Both the position numbers and the translations under genes were made by a program. 64,000 nt of DNA, from the NCBI GenBank assembly GCA_963805855.1, contig CAWDVW010000007.1, forward strand, positions 64,001 through 128,000, read 5' to 3'. Under the pieces are notes generated by a model that was not told the origin of the DNA, searched no databases, and worked only from the letters and a program-made list of their open reading frames with translations. Position 1 is the stretch's first letter. Each line of letters begins with the position of its first letter. This DNA comes from Candidatus Dadabacteria bacterium. Its GTDB lineage: Bacteria; Desulfobacterota_D; UBA1144; Nemesobacterales; CSP1-2. Shown here piece by piece: positions 36,070 through 45,796 of this stretch.

Positions 36070-36747
36070 TTACCCGCCAGGAGGGGGGACTTTTGTTATT
36101 TCTGCCCCTTTTGGCACTTTAAATTTGAACAAAGAGTCCGGTATCCCATTGTTAATTTGCATGTCGTTGAGTTTAACCGTCGTCAAGTTGCCAAATGGAT
36201 CGTAGAGATATATTGTGTTAACAAGCATGGAACCCTTATCTACCGCAACGGTAACAATGCTGTACTCTTCACTATTGTCTTTGGGTAAAAGATCAATAAA
36301 ATAGCTATTATTGTTCTCTTTCGCAGGACTATTCGTGGAGAAGCGGGCATCGAAAAGATTTTTTAAATTCCCCAGTCCCGAAATCAAAGTTGTTGTAGTC
36401 GGCGTGTCTATAACCTCACTTAGAGGAGATTCTATAACCTGTTTTTCTTCTTCGTTATAAAACCAAATTGTAATACCGTCAGATACGATTTGATCCTTCG
36501 TTGGCCTCGAATAGTTCCACCTCATTTTCCCTGGTTTTTTAAACCACACGTCGCCTTGTGCTCTCTGTACCTTGTTTAGTGCCTTTACGGTAGCTTCCTG
36601 GGTAAATTTTGAACTAAAGTCGTTTATCTTTTCATATTTTTCCTGAATCTGATTCAATACCGTATCAAGATTTTCGTTTTCTTTAGCCAGTAGTTGCGAA
36701 CGCGATAAAATCGAAGCTAAAAAAAGAACAACAATGAAGATTCTCAA
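36070..36747 (-). CDS. lolA: Outer-membrane lipoprotein carrier LolA
   Basis: FTQ, KKPGKMRWNY, IVSDG, LFKFKVPKGA; 4-bp overlap with ftsK. Confidence 0.88.
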   Translation of the reverse strand: MRIFIVVLFLASILSRSQLLAKENENLDTVLNQIQEKYEKINDFSSKFTQEATVKALNKVQRAQGDVWFKKPGKMRWNYSRPTKDQIVSDGITIWFYNEEEKQVIESPLSEVIDTPTTTTLISGLGNLKNLFDARFSTNSPAKENNNSYFIDLLPKDNSEEYSIVTVAVDKGSMLVNTIYLYDPFGNLTTVKLNDMQINNGIPDSLFKFKVPKGAEITKVPPPGG

Positions 36748-38987
36748 TTAATTTGCCTCTCTTTGACCTGATCTATATCTATGAATACCTCTCGGGGCTT
36801 TCCTGCTGATTCCTGTGGACCTATTACGCCCTCTTTCTCCATGATCTCAACGATTCGGGCAGCTCTATTATAACCAATTTTGAGTTTTCTCTGTAGCATT
36901 GAAATCGAGGCCTGGCGAGTTTCTGCGATGATTCTCAGAGCTTCAAGATACAGTTCGTCTTTCTCATCTTCCATTTCCGGTTGAGTTTCGGATTCTTCTA
37001 TTTTTGTGATTTCCTGATTATACTCGGGTTTGGCCTGAGATTTTAGAAACTCTGTAATACTTTCTCTTTCTTCATCAGATATCAAAGCACCCTGAATCCT
37101 GAGCAACTTAGATGTTCCAGGCTGAAGGAATAGCATGTCCCCTTTTCCTAGGAGCTGTTCGGCTCCTGTGCTGTCCAATATTATTCTTGAATCTACCCTC
37201 GACGACACCAGAAAAGAAATTCTGGCCGGGAAATTTGCCTTTATGAGACCGGCTACTATATCGACTGAGGGTCTCTGCGTCGCAACTATAAGATGAATGC
37301 CCGCAGCTCTAGCCATCTGCGAGAGTCTGGTTATAGATTCTCTTATCTCGGCTGGTGCAATCATCATTAAATCTGCGAGTTCATCTATAATAATAACTAT
37401 GTATGGAAGTGAATTTTGATCGCTTTCCCTGGAATCGGACTTACCAATATAACTATTATAGCTTTCGATGTCTCTCACGCCTAATTCAGACATCAATTTA
37501 TACCTTAGTTCCATCTCCTTTACTGCCCACCTTAACGCAGCCGCAGCCTCCTTAGGGTTTGTCACTACCGGATGTAAAAGGTGGGGTATATCTTCATAGA
37601 TAGAGAGTTCGAGCATCTTTGGATCAATCATAATGAATTTTAGTTCATAAGGAGTAGCCTTGAAAAGCATACTGGCTAAAACTGTATGCAGAAAAACACT
37701 CTTACCCGACCCGGTGGTCCCTGCTATCATAAGGTGAGGGGCTCTGCGCAAATCCATGTAGAATGGAATTCCAGAAATATCTTTACCCAAAGCGAGTGTA
37801 AGCATAGATTTACTGTTCATAAATTCGGATGACTCTAACAATTCCCTGAGAACGACTGTCTCTCTCTGGGCATTTGGCACCTCAATACCAATCACATCCC
37901 TGCCTGGAATTGGTGCGATGATTCTTATGCTAAGTGCACTCAGCCCCATTGCTAAGTCGCTTGAGAGCGATGAGATTCTATTTATCTTGATTCCCGGAGA
38001 GGGCTTATATTCAAACATAGTGATTACAGGGCCGGGCCTTATCTCTGTTACCTTCCCAGACACTCCGAAATCGGAGAGTTTTTCCTCTATCAGCTTCGCA
38101 TTCGTGTATACTGCCTCCTTGTCTATAATAATGTTCCCCTTTATCTTCGGATCAAGTAAGTCAATATGTGGAAGCTTGAAGTTCTCCCTCTCTTGGACTA
38201 ACTGTTCTGAATTAATATCAGGCGTTTTTGAAGGTCTCTCAATCACGATTTGAGGAAGGTTCTCGGTATTATCCGCTATATTTTTGTTATTAGAGGTCTT
38301 GTCTGCAGCATTAATTCTTAAGTTCATAGTCTTATTATCGACTCCGCTAAGGGTTTCCTGTTTTTTAAAGAAGATCGATATTCTTTCGACTGCCGATTCG
38401 GTAGCGATACGTAAAAGGTGTAAAGAATATGCGGTCGCATCCACAAACCTCTTAAGGGTTTTCCCACTCCAGTCTAAAATTTGAGACAGGCTTAGATTCG
38501 ATAAAATAATTAAACTCAGAATGACAAGAATGGTTACAATTATATATGAACCTATTGTTCCGGCGATTTTACCCTTAAGAGTCGATGAGATTATGTCTCC
38601 TACCCAACCACCGGCTGGACTGTATCCGACGAGATAGCGGCTTCCAAAAATCAATCCCAGGATTGCGGTAGTTGAAAACAAGAAAATAAATGCTGCTATT
38701 GATTTTCTATAGAGATTGGCTCCCGGTTTGTTAAGAAATACCAATATTGCTGTATAAAACATTACCACCGGGATCACGAAAGAGGCTATTCCAAAAGCGC
38801 TTCCAAGTATATCTGATATGAACACCCCTGCCGTGCCCATAGCTCCCTTAACGTCAAAACCGGATTTGGTACTGTAAAAGATTAGGCTCAAGGAAGAAAA
38901 AAGACCGACCGTGAATAACAAAGCGGCGATAATTTCTCGTTTGATGAAATCTGATTTTTCTTTCGAGGTACTTTTAGCTTTCGCCAT
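36744..38987 (-). CDS. ftsK: DNA translocase FtsK
   Basis: 4-TM N-domain, PGPVITMFE, PHLMIAGTTGSGKS, IIDELADLMM, ATQRPSVD, gamma domain ASISMLQRKLKIGYNRAAR. Confidence 0.96.
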   Translation of the reverse strand: MAKAKSTSKEKSDFIKREIIAALLFTVGLFSSLSLIFYSTKSGFDVKGAMGTAGVFISDILGSAFGIASFVIPVVMFYTAILVFLNKPGANLYRKSIAAFIFLFSTTAILGLIFGSRYLVGYSPAGGWVGDIISSTLKGKIAGTIGSYIIVTILVILSLIILSNLSLSQILDWSGKTLKRFVDATAYSLHLLRIATESAVERISIFFKKQETLSGVDNKTMNLRINAADKTSNNKNIADNTENLPQIVIERPSKTPDINSEQLVQERENFKLPHIDLLDPKIKGNIIIDKEAVYTNAKLIEEKLSDFGVSGKVTEIRPGPVITMFEYKPSPGIKINRISSLSSDLAMGLSALSIRIIAPIPGRDVIGIEVPNAQRETVVLRELLESSEFMNSKSMLTLALGKDISGIPFYMDLRRAPHLMIAGTTGSGKSVFLHTVLASMLFKATPYELKFIMIDPKMLELSIYEDIPHLLHPVVTNPKEAAAALRWAVKEMELRYKLMSELGVRDIESYNSYIGKSDSRESDQNSLPYIVIIIDELADLMMIAPAEIRESITRLSQMARAAGIHLIVATQRPSVDIVAGLIKANFPARISFLVSSRVDSRIILDSTGAEQLLGKGDMLFLQPGTSKLLRIQGALISDEERESITEFLKSQAKPEYNQEITKIEESETQPEMEDEKDELYLEALRIIAETRQASISMLQRKLKIGYNRAARIVEIMEKEGVIGPQESAGKPREVFIDIDQVKERQIN

Positions 38988-39121
38988 GTTTCGTTAAATT
39001 TTAATAATGAAGAAAAGTTATTTCCATAAATTTAATAATTTACTTCACATTATAAATGAATGAAAAATAGCCCACTAAAAATTAATTGTCAAATGGATAG
39101 GGCTACCCTTTTAATATCCAA

Positions 39122-40576
39122 TCAGTAATTTTGGAGTAAAGGACCCGCCGCCTTAAGAGCGAGATTCCATGACTGAAATGGGAATACTCCTAGGAGTAAG
39201 GTTACAATTGTCAGTATGGTTAGGGCTAGGGCTGAGAAGGGCTTAAGTGAAGGGAATTCGATTTTTTCCTCTCTCATATAAGCGTAGACTAGTACCCTTA
39301 AGTAATAATAAGCGGATATAACGCTGTTCAGTATTCCAATGATGGCTAACCAGTAGAAGTCGGCCTTTATTGCCGAAAGAAACACCCTGTATTTTGCAAA
39401 AAAGCCAATAGTTGGAGGAACACCGGCGAGTGAGAACATGAAGATACCGAATGCGATGGCGATAAGTGGTTTTCTCTGCCAGAGGCCTGATATATCCTCA
39501 AATGTTTCACATTCTTTTCCATCCTTGGATAGATAGGCTAAGACTCCAAAGGCTCCAAGATTCATAAAAGAATAGGCGAAGAGATAGTATAGCACGCTAC
39601 CCAGACCCGTACTTTTGCCTCCGAGATTCGCTACTACTCCGATCAGCGCATATCCTGCATGGGCGATGCTGGAGTAGGCCAGCATTCTCTTTATACTATT
39701 CTGTGCGATCGCAGCGAGGTTGCCGATGGTCATGGTAAAGGCTGATACAATCCACAAAACATGTGTCCAGTCACCTTGAATCTGATAATTGGCTACAAAA
39801 AGTATTCTCAGGAGAAAAGCAAAGGCCGCTGCTTTGACTGCTACTGACATAAATCCTGTTACAGTCATAGGAGCCCCTTCATAGATGTCTGGCACCCATT
39901 GGTGCAGGGGAAAAGCACCGATTTTGAAGATGATACCTGCAAGGATCAACGCCGATCCTACTAGATATAGAGGGTTACTTACATCAAATCTCAGAGCAAT
40001 TAAATCGAGGGAAATTGTCCCGGAGGCCCCATATAGCAGAGCTATTCCATAAAGGAGTATGGCGGACGAGAAGCCTCCCAGGACTAGATACTTCATTCCC
40101 GCTTCTGACGAAAGTACTGATCTTCTATTGAAACCCGATAGTATATAGACGGAGATCGACATGATTTCAAAGCCAAGGAAAAAGGACATGAATTCCTTTG
40201 CGGAGCTAAGGATCATCATTCCCGAGGTTGAGAATAGAACCAGTGAATAGAATTCATTTGGCCTCAAACCCATGGTACTTATGTATTCCCTGGAAAGGGT
40301 AATGGCGATGAAGCAACTGATGAGGAAAATAATGTTGAAGTATCCGGAAAATACGTCGATCGAAAGTGCTCCCGAAAAGGCAAGCGATGAATTATCTAAG
40401 CGATTAAGGTTAAGAATAAATGCGATTATGATGCCGATAAGTGCTATCCAGAAAAGCTCTTTTTTTTTATCCCGCACAATCAAAGGGTCAATCACTATCA
40501 GTATCATTCCTGTAATTATCAGTGTAATCTCTGGGCCAATCAGTAGTGTGCTCTTAAAAATTTCACTCAATTCCAT
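39122..40576 (-). CDS. nuoN: NADH-quinone oxidoreductase subunit N
   Basis: SSEAGMKY, FKIGAFPLHQWVPDIYEGAP, KRMLAYSSIAHAGY, SLAGVPPTIGFFAK, YYYLR. Confidence 0.94.
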   Translation of the reverse strand: MELSEIFKSTLLIGPEITLIITGMILIVIDPLIVRDKKKELFWIALIGIIIAFILNLNRLDNSSLAFSGALSIDVFSGYFNIIFLISCFIAITLSREYISTMGLRPNEFYSLVLFSTSGMMILSSAKEFMSFFLGFEIMSISVYILSGFNRRSVLSSEAGMKYLVLGGFSSAILLYGIALLYGASGTISLDLIALRFDVSNPLYLVGSALILAGIIFKIGAFPLHQWVPDIYEGAPMTVTGFMSVAVKAAAFAFLLRILFVANYQIQGDWTHVLWIVSAFTMTIGNLAAIAQNSIKRMLAYSSIAHAGYALIGVVANLGGKSTGLGSVLYYLFAYSFMNLGAFGVLAYLSKDGKECETFEDISGLWQRKPLIAIAFGIFMFSLAGVPPTIGFFAKYRVFLSAIKADFYWLAIIGILNSVISAYYYLRVLVYAYMREEKIEFPSLKPFSALALTILTIVTLLLGVFPFQSWNLALKAAGPLLQNY

Positions 40577-40714
40577 TTAATATCTCCAGGTGGAGTTTTG
40601 ATCGCTAGGATGTAAGCTGAGTAGAGTAGTATTGTTGAGTGACGTTTGTATGTCAAGTATTTTATCGGCCGGAATTACCTATCCTGAAAGAGCTTGAAAT
40701 CTTGGGTGAGTTTA

Positions 40715-41446
40715 TCAAAACATCCCACCGTTGATATGAAGGACCTCACCCGTTATGTAATCAGATTCTATTAAAAAAATTACTCCCATCGCTATGTCCT
40801 CTGGAGAACCATTCCTCTTCAAAGCGGTGTTTTCCACAGCCTGCTTTTTTTCCTCTTCGGTGAAGTTATCGGGGTACAGAACCGGACCTGGGGCAATGGC
40901 ATTAACGTGTATATCCGGAGCAAGTGCGCTGGCCAATGTTCTTGTGAGCATGACCAGTCCTGCCTTCGAAACCAGATACGGAATGTAGTGTTCTGTTTCT
41001 TTGGATATAACAAATGAGTCCGCGATGTTTATTATCTTTCCTGACCCCTTGTCTGACATAATCTTGACCACCTTTTGAGAGCATAGAAAAGGACCCTTTA
41101 AATTCGTATCCATGAACAAATCCCACTCGTCCTCGGAGATATCAGAAAGTTGTGTCTTAAAAAAAATTGCGGCGTTATTGACTAAGATGTCTATTGTTTT
41201 GAAATGGGCTATAGTCGATTCAACCATATTCTGTACTTCATCTGAATTGGAGACATCTGCCTTGACGGCGATGGCGCTTCTATGATTAATCCGATTTAAG
41301 TCGTTTAAGAGTTCCTTCGCATGTTTTTCCGACTTGTTGTAATTGATTACAATCTTTGCCCCTCGCTCTGCTAAAAAGAGGCAAATAGTCCGCCCGACCC
41401 GTCTAGCGCCTCCGGTTACAATTATTACCTTATCCTTGATATTCAT
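40715..41446 (-). CDS. SDR-family oxidoreductase, pteridine-reductase/FolM-like
   Basis: TGGARRVG, LVNNAAIF, IINIAD, YLVSK, VNAIAPG, YITGEVLHINGG. Confidence 0.82.
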   Translation of the reverse strand: MNIKDKVIIVTGGARRVGRTICLFLAERGAKIVINYNKSEKHAKELLNDLNRINHRSAIAVKADVSNSDEVQNMVESTIAHFKTIDILVNNAAIFFKTQLSDISEDEWDLFMDTNLKGPFLCSQKVVKIMSDKGSGKIINIADSFVISKETEHYIPYLVSKAGLVMLTRTLASALAPDIHVNAIAPGPVLYPDNFTEEEKKQAVENTALKRNGSPEDIAMGVIFLIESDYITGEVLHINGGMF

Positions 41447-41516
41447 AAAAAGTGTGGAATACAGAGAAGGCAATCAATATCGTAGCTGATGTAATAATTT
41501 ATCGATAAAACTAGTT

Positions 41517-42002
41517 TTAATTCAACGACAATTTGATCTTATCTATTACTTCCTTCGCGAATATATAATCGGGACATATTTCCAGTGATTTACCGAGTTC
41601 TTCGAGGGCTTTGTTAATCATTCCTTTTGATAGGTAAATCCTTCCCAAGTTAAAGTGGGGATAATGTCTCGGCTCGTATCTTTTTGCGAGTATAGCCTTT
41701 TCCAACCATGGTATCGCTTCGTCGTATTCGCCCAGCTCAATTAGATATGCCCCAATATCGTTGTATGGGTTCCCAAAGTCCGGGTCAATCTCGATCGCTT
41801 CTTTACATTGAGCTATTGCCTCATCGAGTTTTCCTTGAAAGCTGTAGGTCCAACCAAGGAATGTGTACGCTTCTGCTGTGGGATATATATCAATTGATTT
41901 TCTGTAGTATTCTTCTGCCGAGTCGAAATCATTTACCATCTGGAATTCATAAGCTTTTTGAAAAAGTTTTATCGCTAGACTTAAATAGTTTTTCTCTGAC
42001 AT
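41517..42002 (-). CDS. Tetratricopeptide-repeat protein
   Basis: AEAYTFLGW...AIEIDPDFGNPYNDIG...HFNLGRIY repeats. Confidence 0.88.
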   Translation of the reverse strand: MSEKNYLSLAIKLFQKAYEFQMVNDFDSAEEYYRKSIDIYPTAEAYTFLGWTYSFQGKLDEAIAQCKEAIEIDPDFGNPYNDIGAYLIELGEYDEAIPWLEKAILAKRYEPRHYPHFNLGRIYLSKGMINKALEELGKSLEICPDYIFAKEVIDKIKLSLN

Positions 42003-42083
42003 TTATGTATTTAGATATATTTTGATATTTCTCATTCTATCACCCGCTAATTATTTAGTCAAAGCAGTCCTCGAGAGGAAATA

Positions 42084-42926
42084 TCAATAGATAGGAGAGG
42101 TAGTTAAGTCACACTCTGACTGCTCATAATCAACCATGTCTTTTATGGTTGAATTATCACTGCAGAGGGGGCATTTCGGGTCTCTCTTTACGTTTAGTTC
42201 AAGGATGTTCATGTTTAATGTGTTGAATATAAGTAATCTCCCCGAAAGCGTACGTCCAATTTGAAGGATTTCTTTCAGGGTTTCCAAAGCCTGTATCGTG
42301 CCGATCATTCCAGCGACAGCTCCGAGTATCCCTTCCTCCTGGCAGGTTGGTATCATGCCCGCGGGTGGGATTTCGGGGTAGAGGCAGCGATAGCAGGGAC
42401 CACCGGATTGTGGCTTAAATACCGATACCTGGCCTTCAAAGCGGAGTATCGCTCCCGAAACTAGTGTCTTTTTCTCAAAGTAGCACGCGTCGTTTACAAG
42501 GTAACGTGTCGGAAAATTATCGGAACCGTCCAGAACGATGTCGTATCCCTTAATTATCTCTCTGATGTTATTCTTTTTGATCGACTCTTCGTAAACGATT
42601 ACGTTCACGTCAGGATTGAGTTTTTGTAATTTTTCCCGTGCAGACACTGTCTTCGGTCTTCCTATATCATCTGTATAGTGAAGTACCTGTCTCTGGAGGT
42701 TGGTTATATCTACCTGATCGGAGTCGGCAATCCCAATGGTACCGACACCCGCCGCGGCAAGGTATAGTGCGATTGGAGAACCCAGACCTCCGGCACCAAT
42801 GCAAAATACCTTGGATCTCAGAAGCCTTTCCTGACCTACTCCGCCAATTTCGGGAAGTAATATGTTTCTGCTATATCTATATATCTGGTCCTCAGTCAGT
42901 TCAAATCGAAACTCGTCATTTTTCAT
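42084..42926 (-). CDS. MoeB/ThiF-family (E1-like) adenylyltransferase without rhodanese domain
   Basis: RYSRNILL, GAGGLGSP, NLQRQ, DGSDNFPTRY, CYRC, PTCQEEG, CPLC. Confidence 0.93.
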   Translation of the reverse strand: MKNDEFRFELTEDQIYRYSRNILLPEIGGVGQERLLRSKVFCIGAGGLGSPIALYLAAAGVGTIGIADSDQVDITNLQRQVLHYTDDIGRPKTVSAREKLQKLNPDVNVIVYEESIKKNNIREIIKGYDIVLDGSDNFPTRYLVNDACYFEKKTLVSGAILRFEGQVSVFKPQSGGPCYRCLYPEIPPAGMIPTCQEEGILGAVAGMIGTIQALETLKEILQIGRTLSGRLLIFNTLNMNILELNVKRDPKCPLCSDNSTIKDMVDYEQSECDLTTSPIY

Positions 42927-43335
42927 CGATCAAATCAATTCCTTTTTCTTTGAAGTTTAAAACAGAATCATCGAGTAACCAGGCCCGTCCGTCATTGTAT
43001 TTGCCTTTATTAATTGATAATATGATATATATCCACTCTGGCCATGCGCGGGACCTATCAAACTCTGACGGTAGGGATGGATGATCCGGATGCGAGTGAT
43101 ATATGCCCAGGATTTCAAGCCTATTCTTTCTTGCCCAGTCGTCTGCTTCATTGAAAGACGTTGGATCTAATTCGTAACGATCATGTGTTCTTTCTTCGTT
43201 TAAATTTCTGCACTGTTTGCAGACTTTAATCTCGCCATTTTTACCGATCAAGACCCCGCACACCTCGTTCGGATATCCCGATTCAGCGTGTTTTATCAAT
43301 TCTAAATATGTAGATTTCAAGATCCTTACCACCAT
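42916..43335 (-). CDS. JAB/MPN (M67, Mec-like) metalloisopeptidase
   Basis: YPNEVCG and YHSHPDHPSLPSEFD (E...HxH-x7-S-xx-D). Confidence 0.92.
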   Translation of the reverse strand: MVVRILKSTYLELIKHAESGYPNEVCGVLIGKNGEIKVCKQCRNLNEERTHDRYELDPTSFNEADDWARKNRLEILGIYHSHPDHPSLPSEFDRSRAWPEWIYIILSINKGKYNDGRAWLLDDSVLNFKEKGIDLIDEK

Positions 43336-44273
43336 ATACCTCCGCTGAGGTATCTGTAACCGCTGTCGGGCAGTAGCGTGACCAGAACTCCCTCATCCAA
43401 TCTCTTCGCATACTCCAGCGTCGCATGAATGACCGCGCCTCCCGAATGTCCGACAAATATCCCCTCGGTTTTGAGAAGTTCTTTCATGACCCTGTACGAA
43501 TCTTCTGTTGGTACGTAAAGTCGTTCATCGGGAAAGATTGGATCAAATATCCCGGGGACTATTGATGTTGCCATGTGCTTCAAGCCTTCCAGTCCATGAA
43601 GGGATTCAGCGGGTTCAATCGATATAACCTTTATATTGGGGTTATATTCTCTTAACCTTTTACCTGTGCCCATCAGTGTACCGCTGGTTCCGACCCCCGC
43701 GAGGAAGTGTGTGATCCTTCCGCGTGTTTGTTGCAAAATTTCCGGTCCTGTAGATTCATAATGGGAAATCGGATTTAACGGGTTATTGTACTGATCGGGC
43801 ATGAAGTATTTCTCCGGGTTTTGGGCTCTCAATTTCTGAGCCAGCTTAATTGCACCATCTGAGCCCTCAAGGGGATTAGAATAGATTATTCTAGACCCAA
43901 ATGCCTCTAGCGTTTTCTTTCTCTCTATATTTATATTTTCGGGCGTTACTAGCTCAACTCTGTAGCCAAGTGCTGCTCCAAGCATTGCATAAGCAATAGC
44001 TGTGTTGCCAGATGATGAATCCATAATGACTTTGTCTTTGGTTAATTTGCCGGAGCGGACTCCTTCGAGAATCATCCAAAGCGCGGGGCGATCTTTTACG
44101 GAGCCTCCCGGGTTAAACCATTCTGCCTTGGCGTAAATCTCAACATCCGAATTAAGATCCTGTGTTATTTTCCCGAGCCTTATAAGTGGCGTGTTCCCAA
44201 TCAGATCTATTACAGAGTCTGCTCTTCTTACCCCAAGAGTGGATTGAATTGCTTTTGTTAATGGGGAATCCAT
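43326..44273 (-). CDS. PLP-dependent cysteine synthase family protein (CysM-like)
   Basis: IGNTPL, KAEWFNPGGSVKDR, SSGNT, DQYNNP, GVGTSGT, PDSGYRYLS. Confidence 0.9.
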   Translation of the reverse strand: MDSPLTKAIQSTLGVRRADSVIDLIGNTPLIRLGKITQDLNSDVEIYAKAEWFNPGGSVKDRPALWMILEGVRSGKLTKDKVIMDSSSGNTAIAYAMLGAALGYRVELVTPENINIERKKTLEAFGSRIIYSNPLEGSDGAIKLAQKLRAQNPEKYFMPDQYNNPLNPISHYESTGPEILQQTRGRITHFLAGVGTSGTLMGTGKRLREYNPNIKVISIEPAESLHGLEGLKHMATSIVPGIFDPIFPDERLYVPTEDSYRVMKELLKTEGIFVGHSGGAVIHATLEYAKRLDEGVLVTLLPDSGYRYLSGGIWW

Positions 44274-44509
44274 TAGCGGCGCTCAATTAAGATTGTGTAG
44301 AAATCACCTTTTTGACGAATTTCCAGGATTCTATGTCCCTCTTCCTTTACACTTCTTGGGACATTGGTTAAGGGTTCTCCGTCTCTCAGGATCACTTCTA
44401 AAATCTGTCCGGAGCGTAAGGTATCGAGTTTTAGTTTTGTCTTTACAAATGTCATGGGACAAATTTCTTTAGTTATATCAATTGTTTGATCCGCAAGTTT
44501 TGTGATCAT
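44273..44509 (-). CDS. TusA/SirA-family sulfur transferase
   Basis: IDITKEICPMTFVKTKLKL...GQILEV; TAATG overlap with the cysteine synthase start. Confidence 0.88.
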   Translation of the reverse strand: MITKLADQTIDITKEICPMTFVKTKLKLDTLRSGQILEVILRDGEPLTNVPRSVKEEGHRILEIRQKGDFYTILIERR

Positions 44510-44640
44510 CTTGTGTAAGATCAGATAAACTAGAAGTATTTATCTTTGTTAGGTTACCACAAAAAAGGGAAGAGACAAATAGCTATAGCTTAACAAAATT
44601 ACAATAATAAGATGGGGTTGAGGTGCGGTGTTAATTGGAT

Positions 44641-45372
44641 TCAATCAGATGAAATTCTCACGTCGTTCCTACTATTGCCATGCTTCAGCCAAGATATAAT
44701 GGATTCAAAAATAAGCTTTCCGTCTCTTCCGCCTAGAACTTCCTCACAGCACCTTTCAGGGTGTGGCATCATACCTAGAATATTGCCTTGTGGATTTAAT
44801 ATTCCAGCAATATTTTCAAGAGACCCATTTGGGTTTGATTCCGAGTTTGCCAGTCCGTCTTGGTCACAATATTTAAAAGCAATTCGAGAATTTCCCTTCA
44901 GGTATTCAATATCATCGTGATCAGCGTAATAGCTGCCCTCGGCATGCGCTATAGGTATTTTTAATACATCTCCTTTATGAAAGATATGAGTGAACGGGCT
45001 TGTGTTGTTTTCAATACGAATGTCAACCCATTTGCATATAAACTTTGTTGAGGCATTTTTAATAAACGCACCAGGAAGTAGCCTTGCCTCGACTAGAATT
45101 TGAAACCCATTGCAAATTCCTATTACAGGTTTTCCCGTTTTAGCGAAATTCTTTACCTCCTTCATTATATTAGAGAACCTCGCTATGGCGCCCGTTCTTA
45201 GGTAATCTCCGTATGAAAACCCACCAGGCAATACTAAGCAGTCGAAACCATCCAAAGATTTACTCTCATGCCATACATACTCACATCGTTGATCAAATAC
45301 GTGCTTTATCGCATGATAGCAGTCATGATCGCAGTTTGAACCGGGGAAGACGATTATTCCAAAGTTTGCCAT
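44641..45372 (-). CDS. purQ: FGAM synthase glutaminase subunit
   Basis: FPGSNCD, PGGFSYGDYLR, GICNGFQ, PIAHAEG, NPNGS, MMPHPER. Confidence 0.97.
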   Translation of the reverse strand: MANFGIIVFPGSNCDHDCYHAIKHVFDQRCEYVWHESKSLDGFDCLVLPGGFSYGDYLRTGAIARFSNIMKEVKNFAKTGKPVIGICNGFQILVEARLLPGAFIKNASTKFICKWVDIRIENNTSPFTHIFHKGDVLKIPIAHAEGSYYADHDDIEYLKGNSRIAFKYCDQDGLANSESNPNGSLENIAGILNPQGNILGMMPHPERCCEEVLGGRDGKLIFESIISWLKHGNSRNDVRISSD

Positions 45373-45511
45373 TACCTACCCTTTGCTATTTTATATAAGT
45401 GTCAATATATGCTTAACCGAAATTATCAGATCAACAAGACTAAATCAGGGACTCTCAATTACTGTTTCTCGGTAACCTTAATTTCTCCTTAGAGGGTTTC
45501 ATTCCGAATAA

Positions 45512-45760
45512 TCACTTAATGCTGATAATGAAATCTTCAATCACAGGATTTGCCAGAAGTTTGTCGCACATTTCTTCAACTAGTGCTTTAACGTTTCCTT
45601 TGTCGGTGTTTCTTACAGTTAGTTCGATCAACTTTCCGACTCTGGTTTCTATCACTTGAATATAACCCAGGTTATGAAGGGCTGATAGCACGGTTTTACC
45701 CTGTGGATCCAACACCACAGATTTTAGCTTTACTTCGACTTTGACTTTAAAATCCTTCAT
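45512..45760 (-). CDS. purS: FGAM synthase subunit PurS
   Basis: VLDPQG, RVGK, MCDKLLANPVIEDF. Confidence 0.96.
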   Translation of the reverse strand: MKDFKVKVEVKLKSVVLDPQGKTVLSALHNLGYIQVIETRVGKLIELTVRNTDKGNVKALVEEMCDKLLANPVIEDFIISIK

Positions 45761-45796
45761 TTTCTTGCCGTTGGCTCAGGCACGAGGGTTTATCGT

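Noticed and set aside
42084-43335. E1-like plus JAB genes as a CBASS/Bil-type ubiquitin-like antiphage system
   Set aside because: No E2, CD-NTase, Ubl or effector; coupling to cysteine synthase and TusA indicates sulfur metabolism
43326-43345. C-terminal GG in the cysteine synthase (LSGGIWW) as a fused ubiquitin-like tail
   Set aside because: It corresponds to the normal YLS(T/G)G end of the family, and there is no room for a beta-grasp domain
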